Source of the DNA: Phyllobates terribilis
Taxonomy: Eukaryota
DNA: 64,000 nt
Assembly: GCF_046119375.1 (NCBI RefSeq)
Contig: NW_027362767.1
Location: forward strand, 165,044,001-165,108,000
Direction of reading: 5' to 3'
The notes under the pieces were generated by a model. The model saw nothing but the letters and a program-made list of their open reading frames with translations. It had not been told where the DNA came from and ran no database searches. The translations under genes and the position numbers were made by a program. Below are positions 1 through 11,882 of the stretch, piece after piece (the stretch's first letter is position 1; each line of letters starts with the position of its first letter).

Positions 1-2
1 AC

Positions 3-1439
3 TTCCTGCACCCGGCAGCAGATGCTTCTTTCTCTTTAACCGGTGTGCATGTCCAAGGATGCTCCAAAGTGGTAGTTACCTCCGAGTCTCTACACCCCTC
101 CGACCAGGCGGAGGATCCCCTGTTGCCTCCTGAACCCTCCGGGATACCACTCGATGACAAATGGAGAGAGACTTCTCTACACCCGGTACTCAATACTTTG
201 TCCGCTTCGTCCTGTGAGCCTGACAATGGGTACCCCAAAGTGGTAGTTACCTCCGAGTCTCTACACCCCTCCGACCAGGCGGAGGACCTCCAGTTGTCTC
301 CTGAACCCTTCGGGGTGCTACCTGGTAGCGAAAGGACAGAGACTCTCCTATACTCTGTACCTGATACCTCGCTCGCTTCGTCCAGTGAGTCCAACTTAGT
401 GTACTCCGAAGCAGAGGTTACTCCTGAGTCTCTACACCCCTCCGACCAGGCGGAGGACCTCCAGTTGTGTTCAGAATCCTTCGGGGTGCCACCTGGTGGT
501 GAATGGACAGAGACTTTCCTATATCCTGGATCTGATACCTCGCTTGCTTCGTCCAGTGAGTCCGACCTAGTGTACTCTGAAGCAGAGGTTACCCGTGAGT
601 CTCTACACCCCTCTGACCAGGCGGAGGACCGCCAGCTGTCTCCAGAACCCTTCGGGGTGCCACCTGGTGGTGAATGGACAGAGACTTTCCTATACTCGGT
701 ACCCGATACCTCGCCTGCTTCCTCCAGTGAGTCCGACCTAGTGTACTCTGAAGCAGAGGTTACCCGTGAGTCTCTACACCCCTCTGACCAGGCGGAGGTC
801 CGCCAGCTGTCTCCAGAACCCTTCGGGGTGCCACCTGGTGGTGAATGGACAGAGACTTTCCTATACTCGGTACCCGATACCTCGCCTGCTTCCTCCAGTG
901 AGTCCGACCTAGTGTACTCTGAAGCAGTTGTTTTCTCTGAGCCTCTGCACTCTTCTGACCCGGCGGAGGACCTCCAGTTGTTTCCTGAATCCTCCGGGAT
1001 ATCACCAGATAACAAAGAGACAGTGACTTTTCCTCATTATGTACCTGATAACCCGTCTATTTCTTCCTGTGAGCTTGACAAGATGTACCTCGAAGCAGAG
1101 ATTACCCTTAAGTCTCTGTCCCCCTCCAACCCAGTGAACGACTGGCCCTCGAATTCCCTGCGGAAGATTCTGGCAGGCCTGAAGAAGAGGGGGCGTAAGG
1201 GGGGAGGTACTGTAACATACCTGGCGGCGTCCTTGCATGGTGGTCCATCTCCCACTGTGCAAGAGGGCGCACTTGATCTCCTGTCCAGAATGTCTCTCTG
1301 GCTTCCCTCCATGCTGTCTGTTTGTGTCTGTTTCTGCTGCTTAAGGGCGGCGCCCGATCACTTCCTGCCTTTTGTACCTGCTGTGGGTCACACCCCTTGT
1401 GCGTCCTCAGCCTATTGCTGTCTGTCACTTGGTATATAG
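3..1439 (+). CDS. 3' end of an ORF (open from the window start) with ~6.5 tandem 57-aa S/P/E-rich repeats; terminal ORF of an LTR retrotransposon, running through the PPT into the 3' LTR
   Basis: Frame 3 has no stop from base 3. The motif TCTCTACACCCC recurs at 87, 258, 429, 600 and 771 (171-bp period, SESLHPSDQAED... repeats). The ORF crosses the purine tract at ~1180-1210. No recognisable domain. Confidence 0.5.
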   Translation, partial: FLHPAADASFSLTGVHVQGCSKVVVTSESLHPSDQAEDPLLPPEPSGIPLDDKWRETSLHPVLNTLSASSCEPDNGYPKVVVTSESLHPSDQAEDLQLSPEPFGVLPGSERTETLLYSVPDTSLASSSESNLVYSEAEVTPESLHPSDQAEDLQLCSESFGVPPGGEWTETFLYPGSDTSLASSSESDLVYSEAEVTRESLHPSDQAEDRQLSPEPFGVPPGGEWTETFLYSVPDTSPASSSESDLVYSEAEVTRESLHPSDQAEVRQLSPEPFGVPPGGEWTETFLYSVPDTSPASSSESDLVYSEAVVFSEPLHSSDPAEDLQLFPESSGISPDNKETVTFPHYVPDNPSISSCELDKMYLEAEITLKSLSPSNPVNDWPSNSLRKILAGLKKRGRKGGGTVTYLAASLHGGPSPTVQEGALDLLSRMSLWLPSMLSVCVCFCCLRAAPDHFLPFVPAVGHTPCASSAYCCLSLGI

Positions 1440-2493
1440 CTCAGCAGCTCCCTTCTATCCCTGCCTGAGCATAGTGTTTCCTTCAGTGTGTGCTTGCACT
1501 CTGAAGGTGCCAGGTCCCGTCTCTTCCCTCCTGCCTTCTAGGGGCCGATTACCTAGACCCGTTCCTGTATCTTGTCTGACCTGTCTGAACTCGCTCCTTG
1601 CCTGTTCCTCTTGCCTTCTAGTGGCCGATTTCCTAGACCCGCTCCTGTGTCTGGTCTGTCCTGTCTGAACACGCTCCTTGCCTGTTCGTTCCGCCTTCTA
1701 GTGGCCGATTTCCTAGACCCGCTCCTGCGTCTGGTCTGTCCTGTCTGAACACGCTCCTTACCTGTTCGTTCCGCCTCTCTGGGGGCCGTATTCCCAGACC
1801 CGATCCTGTATCCCTCTGCAGTGTCGGTCTCCTCCGTACACTCAGTTCCAGTCTGAACTCTCTCCTGTCCTTTACCTGTTTTGCCTCTATGTCCGTTCCC
1901 TTCCTTTTTCTGCAGAGTCTGAACTCGTACCTAACTCCTGCTTGTTGTCTCTGCAAGTACTGTGTGAGTATCTGGCTCTGTCTTTCCCTTCCTGTCTGTT
2001 CCGTGTGAACAGAGCCCTGTCCTCCCTGCTCAGCCTTGTCTGCACTCTAGCTGTGCTTGCCTGTAACCCTCTGCCTGTATTGTTCCTGAGTCCCGGTGTG
2101 TACTGGGTCCTATCCCGCCTGTGTTCCTACCTGCTAGTGCCTCCCTGTCTGCACTCTAGCTGTGCTTGCCTTTACCCCCCTGCCTGCATACCCGCCTGCC
2201 TGCATACCAGTCGTGCCTGCCTATACCCACCAGTCTGTGTGCCAGCCTACCAGCCTGTTCCTGTATTCCCCTGTGTGGGTCAACAGCCGTGTCCGGGGTC
2301 TGTCCTGGAGTAGCACCTGGTCCCTCTGCTCGGTTCCTCCTTGGTGCACTGGCGTCGTATGCCGTCGTGCGACCCTGGTCGGATCGGGTGAATACTTAGT
2401 CACGCCCCTCCAGGCATTCACTCTCCGGCACGGTCCAGTGGAATCACTACCAATCACACGCACACGCCGCTTAGCCCGGGCGTGTGCATAACA
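1211..2493 (+). mobile_element. 3' LTR of a Gypsy-like LTR retrotransposon inserted into the 5' satellite of hAT copy A1
   Basis: Starts TGTAACA immediately after a polypurine tract (GAAGAAGAGGGGGCGTAAGGGGGGAGGTAC) and ends ...CATAACA (TG...CA). The sequence then switches abruptly to the middle of a 110-bp satellite monomer. Confidence 0.7.
1530..1830 (+). repeat. ~80-bp tandem repeat (~4 copies) inside the LTR
   Basis: CTTCTAG(T/G)GGCCGATTTCCTAGACCCG recurs at ~1535, 1615, 1694 and 1774. Confidence 0.8.
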
Positions 2494-4257
2494 CCTCTGA
2501 AAAAATATTGGGCTTCTAGCTGTGTGTGAGACTTGTTGTATTAGTCCATCTATACTGACCTCCATCAGGTTGCAAACTGAATATATTTTTTTCTGCATCT
2601 ACCTCTGAAAAAATATTGGGCTTCTAGCTGTGTGTGGGTCTTGTTCTATTAATCCATCTATACTGACCTCCATCAGGTTGCAAACTGAATATAATTTTTT
2701 TCTGCATCTAGCTCTGAAAAAATATTTGGCCTTCTAGTAGTGTGTCGGACTTTCTCTATTAGTCCATCTATACTGACCTCCATCAGGTTGCAAACTGAAT
2801 ATAATTTTTTTCTGCATCTAGCTCTGAAAAAATATTTGGCCTTCTAGTAGTGTGTCGGACTTTCTCTATTAGTCCATCTATACTGACCTCCATCAGGTTG
2901 CAAATTAAAACTAATTTTTATCTGCATCTACAGTACCTCTGACAAAATATTTGGGCTTCTAGCTGTGTGTGGGACTTGTTGTATTAGTCCATCTATACTG
3001 ACCTCCATCAGGTTGCAAACTGAATATATTTTTTTCTGCATCTACCTCTGAAAAAATATTCGGCTTCTAGCTGTGTGTGGGACTTGTTGTATTAGTCCAT
3101 CTATACTGACCTCCATCAGGTTGCAAACTGAATATATTTTTTTCTGCATCTACCTCTGAAAAAATATTGGGCTTCTAGCTGTGTGTGGGTCTTGTTCTAT
3201 TAATCCATCTATACTGACCTCCATCAGGTTGCAAACTGAATATAATTTTTTTCTGCATCTAGCTCTGAAAAAATATTTGGCCTTCTAGTAGTGTGTCGGA
3301 CTTTCTCTATTAGTCCATCTATACTGACCTCCATCAGGTTGCAAACTGAATATAATTTTTTTCTGCATCTAGCTCTGAAAAAATATTTGGCCTTCTAGTA
3401 GTGTGTCGGACTTTCTCTATTAGTCCATCTATACTGACCTCCATCAGGTTGCAATTTAAAATTAATTTTTATCTGCATCTACAGTACCTCTGAAAAAATA
3501 TTTATGCTTCTAGCTGTGTGTGGGACTTGTTGTATTAGTCCATCTATACTGACCTCCATCAGGTTGCAAACTGAATATATTTTTTTCTGCATCTACCTCT
3601 GAAAAAATATTGGGCTTCTAGCTTTGTGTGGGATTTGTTGTATTAGTACATCTATACTGACCTCCATCAGGTTGCAAACTGAATATATTTTTTTCTGCAT
3701 CTACCTCTGAAAAAATATTGGGCTTCTAGCTGTGTGTGGGTCTTGTTCTATTAATCCATCTATACTGACCTCCATCAGGTTGCAAACTGAATATAATTTT
3801 TTTCTGCATCTAGCTCTGAAAAAATATTTGGCCTTCTAGTAGTGTGTCGGACTTTCTCTATTAGTCCATCTATACTGACCTCCATCAGGTTACAAACTGA
3901 ATATATTTTTTTCTGCATCTACCTCTGAAAAAATATTTGGCCTTCTATTAGTGTGTCGGACTTTCTCTATTAGTCTATCTATACTGACCTCCATCAGGTT
4001 GCAAATTAAAACTAATTTTTATCTGCATCTACAGTACCTCTGAAAAAATATTTGGGCTTCTAGCTGTGTGTGGGACTTGTTGTATTAGTCCATCTATACT
4101 GACCTCCATCAGGTTGCAAACTGAATATATTTTTTTCCTGCATCTACCTCTGAAAAAATATTGGGCTTCTAGCTGTGTGTGGGTCTTGTTCTATTAATCC
4201 ATCTATACTGACCTCCATCAGGTTGCAAATTCAAAATAATTTTTTTCTGCATCTAAC
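2494..4257 (+). repeat. ~110-bp subterminal satellite of hAT family A (~16 monomers, ~550-bp higher-order period)
   Basis: CTGACCTCCATCAGGTTGCAAA recurs every 108-115 bp. The variant monomer with ACAGTACCTC recurs at 2931, 3481 and 4031. Confidence 0.95.
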
Positions 4258-4371
4258 CCAGCCAATAGTTTTGGCCTAATACCACAGTTTGGCCACTCAG
4301 CTCTGCTCGGTTACCATCCATTGTTTTTTTGTGCAAACAACTCCAGAGTTGTGAATTAGTTAACCACCAAA

Positions 4372-7300
4372 ATGAGTGGAAAAAGGCCTGCTGCTGGTGG
4401 AAAGGGGAATAGGCGTGTTGGGAAGGGGAAAAAAGGTTGTGTCCGTGGGGTAGGTGTTAAAGCAACAGTAACATCTGCAGAAGAAAGACCATCTTCCAGC
4501 CAAACTAAAATGTCTACTTCTTTTAGCGGACAATGTGATAAGATCCCTTTCTTACGGCCACGCCAATCGCTACAAATTCCAGATGAGGCACAAAAACAGC
4601 AGGTGCTTCAACGGATATCAAATGCTCCTTTAAGTGGGCTCTCCTCCACATCAACTTCAACATCACAAATACTCCAGTCCTCAAAGGTGTCACCCAAATC
4701 GCACTTGCTTCCTCACATCTCCCAAATCTCCAGCTGCCCGTCTGAGTATGAGGTAGAACAGATGGTTGAGTCTGCAGAGCTGTTTACTCATACTATAGCC
4801 TGGGAATCAGAGGTCGACTCCAGCGCTTCTCTGAATCCAGACGAGGAAATGATCTGCACTGATGCCCAGAATCTTTATGAGTCGGATCCAGGACCAGACG
4901 CAGAAGGTTCTGACCATAATGTAGACCCTCATTCCCAAACTGTAACTCCTGTTGGTGGAGACAATGAGGAAGACGATGATAAGACTCAAATACCTGATTG
5001 GAGCGACAACTTTAGTTTTTTGTCAGGGCAGGAACAGGTTGGCTCTGAGGACGACGGGTGTGATAACGCACAGGGTGATGATGATGAGGTCGGAGATCCC
5101 ACTTACTGTCAACCCACAGTCAGCCAAGAGATGAGGTCAGCAGAGGAGGTGGAGGAAGATGCTAGTGACGACGAGGTCAGGTTGCGCCTTCCTGGACAGA
5201 GACGTAGTACTGGAAGCACGTCAACAACTGCATCCTCAAACACAACTCTGCCTCTCACCACAAGTCGTGGTGGCTCTTCAGGTCGCATGGGTGCTAAGCC
5301 TTGCATAGCCTGGGCATTTTTTCAGATCGATAAAGATGACCCAACTCGTGTTATCTGTAACATTTGTCAGCAAAAGCTAAGTAGAGGCCAAAAAATACAT
5401 AGTTTGAGTACTTCATGCATGAACCGGCACATGGACATGAAGCATAAGTTGCAGTGGGAAGCTCAGTGTGCTACAATGCGGCCTAGCCGGCCGGGCCAAC
5501 CACCGTCTGCCATATCTTGTGCATCCGCGGCCTCTTCATCCTCTGTGACTGGGGGGACAGCAGTCACACCTGTTTTGGGGAGCAGACCTGCCACCTCTTT
5601 ACCCGCAACAGCCAGCGTGATTGGCAGGTCATCATTTTCTTTGGAGGTGGTAACACCAGCTGGTGTTGAGCGCTGTCCGACATCGATAGCACCACCTTTG
5701 GATCAAGGCAACCTAACATGTCCGCCTGCATCTTCCTCACAGACCGGCAGTTTGCCGGGGACACCCTTATCAACCCCGTCTAAGCACAATAGCCAGCCCT
5801 CGGTCCCTCAGATGTGGACAAGTAAAAGACCATTTCCTCCTAGCCATGAGAAAGCTAAGAGGTTGAATTTCACCATCTGCAAGCTCTTGGCTACAGAAAT
5901 GCTGCCTTTCCGCCTGGTGGACACAGAGGATTTTCGAGACCTTATGTCCGTCGCAGTGCCCCAGTACCAGATGCCCAGTCGGCACTACTTCTCAAAGAAA
6001 GGTGTGCCTGCGCTCCACCAGCATGTCGCACATAACATCACCGCTTCTTTGAGAAACTCTGTGTGTGACAGGGTGCATTTCACCACAGACACTTGGACGA
6101 GTAGGCATGGACAGGGGCGTTACATGTCGCTGACTGGGCACTGGGTAACTTTGGTGACAGCAGGACAAGGGGCTGCTGTCCAAATCTTGCCGTCCCCACG
6201 AGTTGTGCGTCAATCCTCTTTATGTCAAAGTTCCTCCACTGCTTCTGCCTCCTCAACCTCCTCTCGGTCTTCCACCTGCACCCAAAGCCTGTCTGGTCAT
6301 GCCACAAGCTTTCTAACTGTGCAGAAGGGATCCTGCACACCTCCTTACTATGCTGGCAGTAGGGCTCAACGTCATCAGGCGGTTTTTACATTGAAATGTC
6401 TGGGAAATGTGAGTCACACAGCTGAGGAGTTGTGGTCAGCTCTGGAGAACCAATTTCATGAATGGTTGTCTCCACTGGACCTGAAACCAGGGAAGGCCGT
6501 GTGCGACAATGCTGCAAACCTGGGTGTGGCCCTTCGCCGGGGCAATGTCACACACGTGCCTTGTATGGCTCACGTGTTGAACCTGGTTGTCCAGCAATTT
6601 TTAGCCCACTATCCCAGACTAGATGGCCTTCTGCAGAGGGCACGGTCGCTGTGTGCTCACTTCCGCCGTTCGCATCCCGCAGCTCAGCGACTTACATCTC
6701 TACAGAAGTCGTTGGGCCTGCCACTTCACCGGCTAAAATGCGATGTGCCTACCCGGTGGAATTCAACTCTGCACATGTTGCAGCGACTGTGGCAGCACCG
6801 ACAAGCCCTGGTGCAATACGTTCTGACGTATAGCCTGGGCCATCGAGATTCAGAGGTGGGGCAAATCACGCTGGAGGAGTGGTCTCAGATCAGGGACCTA
6901 TGCACCCTTCTGCACAGTTTTGAAATGGCGACGAAGATGTTTAGTGCTGACGATGCCATTATCAGCATGACTATTCCGGTGATTTACATGCTGGAGCACA
7001 TGTTAAACAGAATTCGGAGTCAGGTGGTGGCACACTAGGAGGTGGAGGAAGTAGAGGAGGAGGAGTTGTATGCGGAAGGGCTAACATCTGCAAGGTCCAG
7101 ACGGTCGGCAGCACCAAGGCGGCAGGCATGTGAGGGTGGGGGAGATGGTTTTACCAGGGCGCATGGTAGCAGCCAAACTAGTGAGGAAGGTGCAGGAGCC
7201 CAGGAAGAAGTGGAGGACGAACTGATGGAAGACTCATCAGATGAGGGAGACCTTGATCACATTTCTGTTGTGCGAGGTTGGGGGGAGAGGACAGAGGAAG

Positions 7301-8073
7301 GAAGCATGATTGTTACCTCGCCACCAACACAACAGGGACTTGGTGCTCCTGGATGCGCAACACACATGAGTGCCTTCTTGCTGCACTACCTGCAACATGA
7401 CCCTCGAATTGTGAGAATTAGAAATAATCCTGACTACTGGGTTGCCACACTGTTAGATCCCCGGTACAAAAGTAAATTTGCAGAAATTATTCCTGCCATA
7501 GAAAGGGATGCACGCATGCAGGAGTATCAGCAGAGACTGTTGCAGAATCTTACATGTGCTTTTCCACAAAATACCAGTGGTGCACGTAGTGAATCTCACA
7601 GTTCCAACTTGCCAACCGTGGGACTGTCAAGTGTTCAGCACTCAAACCGTAACAGAACCACAGTATCTGCTGGTAACATCAATTTTGCGGAATCATTTCA
7701 CCACTTTTTTAGCCCATCCTTTGCAAGGCCACAGGAGACAAGAAGTCTGACACATAGTCAACGCCTAGAGACGATGGTACAGGAGTATCTCCAAGTAAAC
7801 ATTGAAGCCACGACTGTGTCACTGGACCCTTGCTCTTTTTGGGCTTCCAATCTGGATAAATGGCCGGAGCTAACCACTTACGCCTTGGAGATCTTGTCAT
7901 GCCCCGCAGCCAGCGTTCTGTCTGAACGTGTGTTCAGCGCTGCTGGTGGTGTGCTGACAGATAAGCGCACGCGGCTCTCCACTGATAATGTAGACAGACT
8001 CACGTTCATAAAGATGAACAAATCATGGATCCGAAACGACTTTTCTACCCCTGTGTCATCCTGGGGAGAGTAA
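4372..8073 (+). pseudogene. hAT (Ac-family, ZBED-like) transposase, ~1230 codons, interrupted by a single in-frame TAG at 7036-7038
   Basis: BED finger (WAFF...CNIC...HMDMKH), FTTDTWTS (Asp1), CDNAANL (Asp2), CMAH (CxxH), TRWNST, LDPRYK, SERVFSAAG (Glu) and a C-terminal dimerisation region. ORFs 4372-7038 and 7042-8073 share one frame. Confidence 0.92.
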
Positions 8074-8289
8074 AAGCTTGATGATTGGTTAAAATCACCC
8101 TACCAACCGTTTTAAGCTTTCAAATTACTAATCATGTTTATCTGTATCTTGACTGGAAAATAATTTGGGCTTTGTAGCAGTGTGCAGCACTGATCCTATT
8201 AGGCCATCTATACTAAAGCTTCACCAGATTTAAAATTAAAATTAATTTTTAGCTGCATCTAGCCCGGAAAATAATTTTGGGGCTCCGAG

Positions 8290-9841
8290 ATGCGCAAGGC
8301 ACATAAGTGCCTTCTTGCTGCACTACCTGCAGCATGACCCTCATATTGTCAGAATTCGAAGTAATCATGACTACTGGGTTGCCACACACTTAGATCCCCC
8401 AAACTTTTCGATCAACCTTTTCATTTTAATAAAGACCAAAAAAATGGTCATTTTTGAAATTATAAGCATTAGCAGGTTGTTAGAAACTGAAATCAAACAG
8501 TTTTCAACTCAAAACTTTATTCTAGGTGATGTTACATTTTCACATAGGACCCCTTGTTCGAAAGGAGCTTCTGAACTCTCTCATCTATTGAATTTGTCAG
8601 GTTTTGGATGGTTTCTGCTTCAATTGTTTTGCATGAGGACAGAATACCCTCCCAGAGCTGTTGCTTAGATGTGAACTGCCTCCCGCCATCATAGACACTC
8701 CTTTTAATGATGCTCCAAAGGTTCTGAATGGGGTAGAGGTCAGGGGAGCATGGGGGTCACACCATAAGTTTGTCCCCTTTTATGCCCATATCAGCCAGAG
8801 ATGCAGATGTTTTATGTGCAGCATGAGATGGTGCATTATCATGCAGAAAAATGATCTTGCTGTGAAATACACGGTTCTTCTTCTTGAACCATGGCAGGAA
8901 GTGCTGTTTGAGAAAATCCACATACATTATGGAGTTCATCTTTAGCGCCTTCAGGGATCCTAAAGGGGCCGACAATCTCTCTCCCCATGATTCCAGCCCA
9001 AAACATTACTCCACCTCCTCCTTGTTGGCGCTGTAGCCGTGTTTGCGTGGGGTGTCCATCAACCAGCCATCCTCCACTCCATCCATCTGGACCATCGAGC
9101 GCTGCACGGCACTCATCCATGAACAAAACAGTTTTGAAATCAGTCTTCATGTAATGTTTGGCCCACTGGAGCCGTTTCTGCTTGTGTGAAGTGGATAGAG
9201 GAGGTCGACAGGATGGCGCATGCACAGCTGCAAACCTCTGAAGGACCCTGCATCTTGTTGTTCGGGGGACGTTGGAGGCACAAGCAGCTTCAAAAACTTG
9301 TCTGCTGCTATGACAAGGCTTTTTTGCCGCTGCTCTTTCAACCTGACGTAATTGCCTGTAGGAAAGAGTCCTCAATTTGCCCTTATCAGCACGCACACGT
9401 GTGTACTGTGAATCAGCTACATACTTCTTGATTGCCAAGACACTTCATCCTGATCATCGCACAATGTTGATTGTAGTCATGCCTTGACCTAAACACTCCA
9501 CAATTAGTTGCTTCTCAGCAGCCGACACATCCTTTTTCTTTCCCATTTTGGCAGAAAATGTAGGCTGCTTAATAATGTGAGAGAGCCTTCTTAAGTAGTC
9601 TTGCCTTTCATTGGACACACCTGTCAAACTAATTAGCACAGGTGTCTGCAATTGCTTACAGTGATATAAAGAGCCCTGACACACATCACCATCAATGAGT
9701 TTAACTGACAAACAAATTCTTCCCTTATCACTCCTAAACACTTTTTGCATAATAATTTGGAACGCAGTGTACATGTGCTTTTCCACAAAACACCAGTGGT
9801 TCACGTAGTGAATCTTACAGTTCTAACTTGCCAACCGTGGT
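8290..9841 (+). pseudogene. Partial duplicate of the family-A transposase 3' region (8290-8400 and 9770-9841), split by a Tc1 insertion
   Basis: 8300-8398 repeats LLHYLQHDPRIVRI (7378-7460). 9770-9841 TACATGTGCTTTTCCACAAAACACCAGTGG repeats 7551-7620. Confidence 0.8.
8400..9769 (-). mobile_element. Tc1-like element, degenerate transposase, one end deleted
   Basis: TIR-like end (reverse complement CACTGCGTTCCAAATTATTATGC) followed by TA at 9770-9771. Minus-strand ORF pieces read MGKKKDVSAAEK..., LFMDEC...DGPDG, VMFWAGI and FLHDNAPSH, with frameshifts. Confidence 0.88.
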
Positions 9842-10295
9842 CTGTATGGAGTTGTTCAATAAAGGGCCCAAAATTAAGATAACATAGATGGGAGAGGTCT
9901 CTATGAATAGGAATTCCTAAGTATTTGATACCCTGTGAGGGCCAGGCAAAGGGAAAGCTGGACTGGATGGAATCCTATATGGATTTGGGGAGGGAGACAT
10001 CGAGGGCCTCAGACTTCGCTGCATTGATTTTAAAATTTTACCATGTAACAAAGTGATCTATTTCAGCCATAACAGCATGGATGGATATATGTGATTGAGT
10101 GATATATACTAGGACATCATCAGCAAATAGAGAGCACTTGTACTCGGTGCCTCCCACCTCAATCCACCTAATATTGGGGTTATGGCGAATTGATGAGAGC
10201 AGGTGCTCCGTCACTAGGATGTATAAGAGAGGGGACAGAGGACATCACTGCCTTGTCCCATTGGTGATTGTGAAAGGTGATGAAAATGTTCTGAC
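9842..10295 (-). mobile_element. L1-clade LINE reverse-transcriptase fragment
   Basis: Minus-strand translation gives ...ITNGTRQ*CPLSPLLYIL...YKCSLFADDVL (GTRQGCPLSP and FADD motifs). Confidence 0.8.
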
Positions 10296-11503
10296 GCACC
10301 CCCTGGGCCTTGGGACACCCGGAGCCGGACCCTTTTTGGTGGATGCTGGTGGTTGTAGTCTTCGAGGCGGCGACCCCGTTCCGTGGCTCAGGGCGGTCAA
10401 ACCAGTGGCGGAACTATTTATGTGGTTTTGATGTTTAAATGTCCGACTACGCCACCCGTGGATTGCGGTCAGAGTGAACCGCCGCTACAGGGCAGACCGC
10501 TGAGGCTGGTGTTGTGGGTGCAGCAGAGCGTAGCATAACTCCCCACGGGAGGAGTATAGCCTCAGGGCAGTGTATGCGGAGGATGGGGGTGATGGTGCAG
10601 GGCAGCAGCAGTAATGACACGGAGTCAGTGATGCAGTTCAGGGCCTTTACTCACAGTTCTTATTATCCAGACCACGTCTGCAGGTAACGGCTGCCCACGT
10701 CGTACTGTGCTCACCAGGTGAGGGGCTCAGACAACTCCCAGATAACTTTGGAGCACTTCACAGGACCCCCTTTGTGTGTCCTTTGTCTGGCCTTTCTTAC
10801 CAACACTTCTGTCCGGCTGCCTCGGGCCTCCTCTTGGTAAACTTGGCGCCAGTTTCCCTGACCCTATGTGGTGCCTTCCTAGCGGGTGTAGCGAGGGGCT
10901 GCGCCACATAAAATGTCAGAGCCTCCGGTTTCTAGCTGAGGGTCGTTTCCTGCCTCCACTAGTTCGGGGACCGGTCTCCCCCTTTGGCCTGACCCCTCCA
11001 CGCAGGTGGATTCGGGCGTGCGGTGGCGACTTGCCCGTCCGCACCCCTGGGATCCCTTCATTCCTCGTTCCTGGAGCCTTCTCCGCTCCTCTTCCTTCCT
11101 TCTCCCTCTTCCAGGCCTGGGCCTTTGTTACTAGGCCCGCCTCCGGAGCAGAGCTCATGCAGAGCCCCTGCTCCCTGCCACTTCTGCTCAGACTTCTCTG
11201 CACTGAACTAAGATGGTGCCCACCTTTTATACTCCCTTCTCAATGCACCCAGGAACTGCTTCCTCCCTGCTCCTGCACTACAGGGTTCCCCTTCCTCAGT
11301 GTTCCCTCCCCCCACTCCAGCCAGGGACAGGGACTGTCGTGCCCATCTCAGGGGCATATTGGTCGCCCTGCCCCACGGCAATGTGGTGTAATGCATGCAG
11401 GTGTCGGGTCCTGATCCACACTCCATCCTTACCTGAGAGTGAGATATCACACCTCTGGGTGAGGTGCAATACGTCTGTAGCAACCGAGCCCTCAGGGTGC
11501 TAC
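10292..11503. mobile_element. Probable solo LTR or non-coding LTR-element fragment
   Basis: GC-rich non-coding block with abrupt boundaries and ends resembling TGACGCACCCC...AGGGTGCTAC. No TSD verified. Confidence 0.35.
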
Positions 11504-11882
11504 TGTTCCATTTATCTTCAGCCTAGGTGACGTATTGCGATACAGGGCCGTGATTTTGGCTATAAAAGGGTCCCCTAGACCCCTACCCCAAGCTTTTTAA
11601 GAGAATCATATATGGCGTGCCAGGAGACTCTATGGAATGCTTTCTCAGCATCCAACGAGAGTATCTAATTACAAATTTTTAACTGCATCTAGCCCAGGAA
11701 ATACTTTGTGCCTAGTAGCAGTGTCTGCTAGTCAGCGGATTATCCCGGCTGTTAAGCCAGCTGCACCACCTGTAGTTTAGACACTTAATTTTTTCAAAGG
11801 AAATGCTTCGGGACCATGGGATTCTTAGTGAAGAGCATAAGGAGGCACCCCAAGGCATAGGGGCTGGGACTGGCAGTAGGAT

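Noticed and set aside
2494-4257. CRISPR-like array (regular repeats next to a nuclease gene)
   Set aside because: Monomers are contiguous with no unique spacers, the context is eukaryotic, and the adjacent gene is a hAT transposase. The same applies to the 52-, 135-, 151- and 200-bp arrays.
4807-6833. Short antisense and alternative-frame ORFs repeated at 62151-63684
   Set aside because: Shadow ORFs of the transposase; they recur only because the two copies are nearly identical.
7036-7050. Programmed stop-codon read-through (TAG followed by a purine-rich run, as in gammaretroviral gag-pol)
   Set aside because: The purine run is explained by Glu codons, no downstream pseudoknot is evident, and the paralogue has a sense codon there.
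4372-8073. Domesticated host gene (ZBED1/4/6-like)
   Set aside because: It has TIR-bearing termini, a near-identical second copy, several decayed paralogues and a nonsense codon, so it is a transposon rather than a single-copy host gene.
10776-11414. 212-aa ORF
   Set aside because: Low-complexity P/S/L-rich translation of GC-rich LTR-like DNA, with no motifs.
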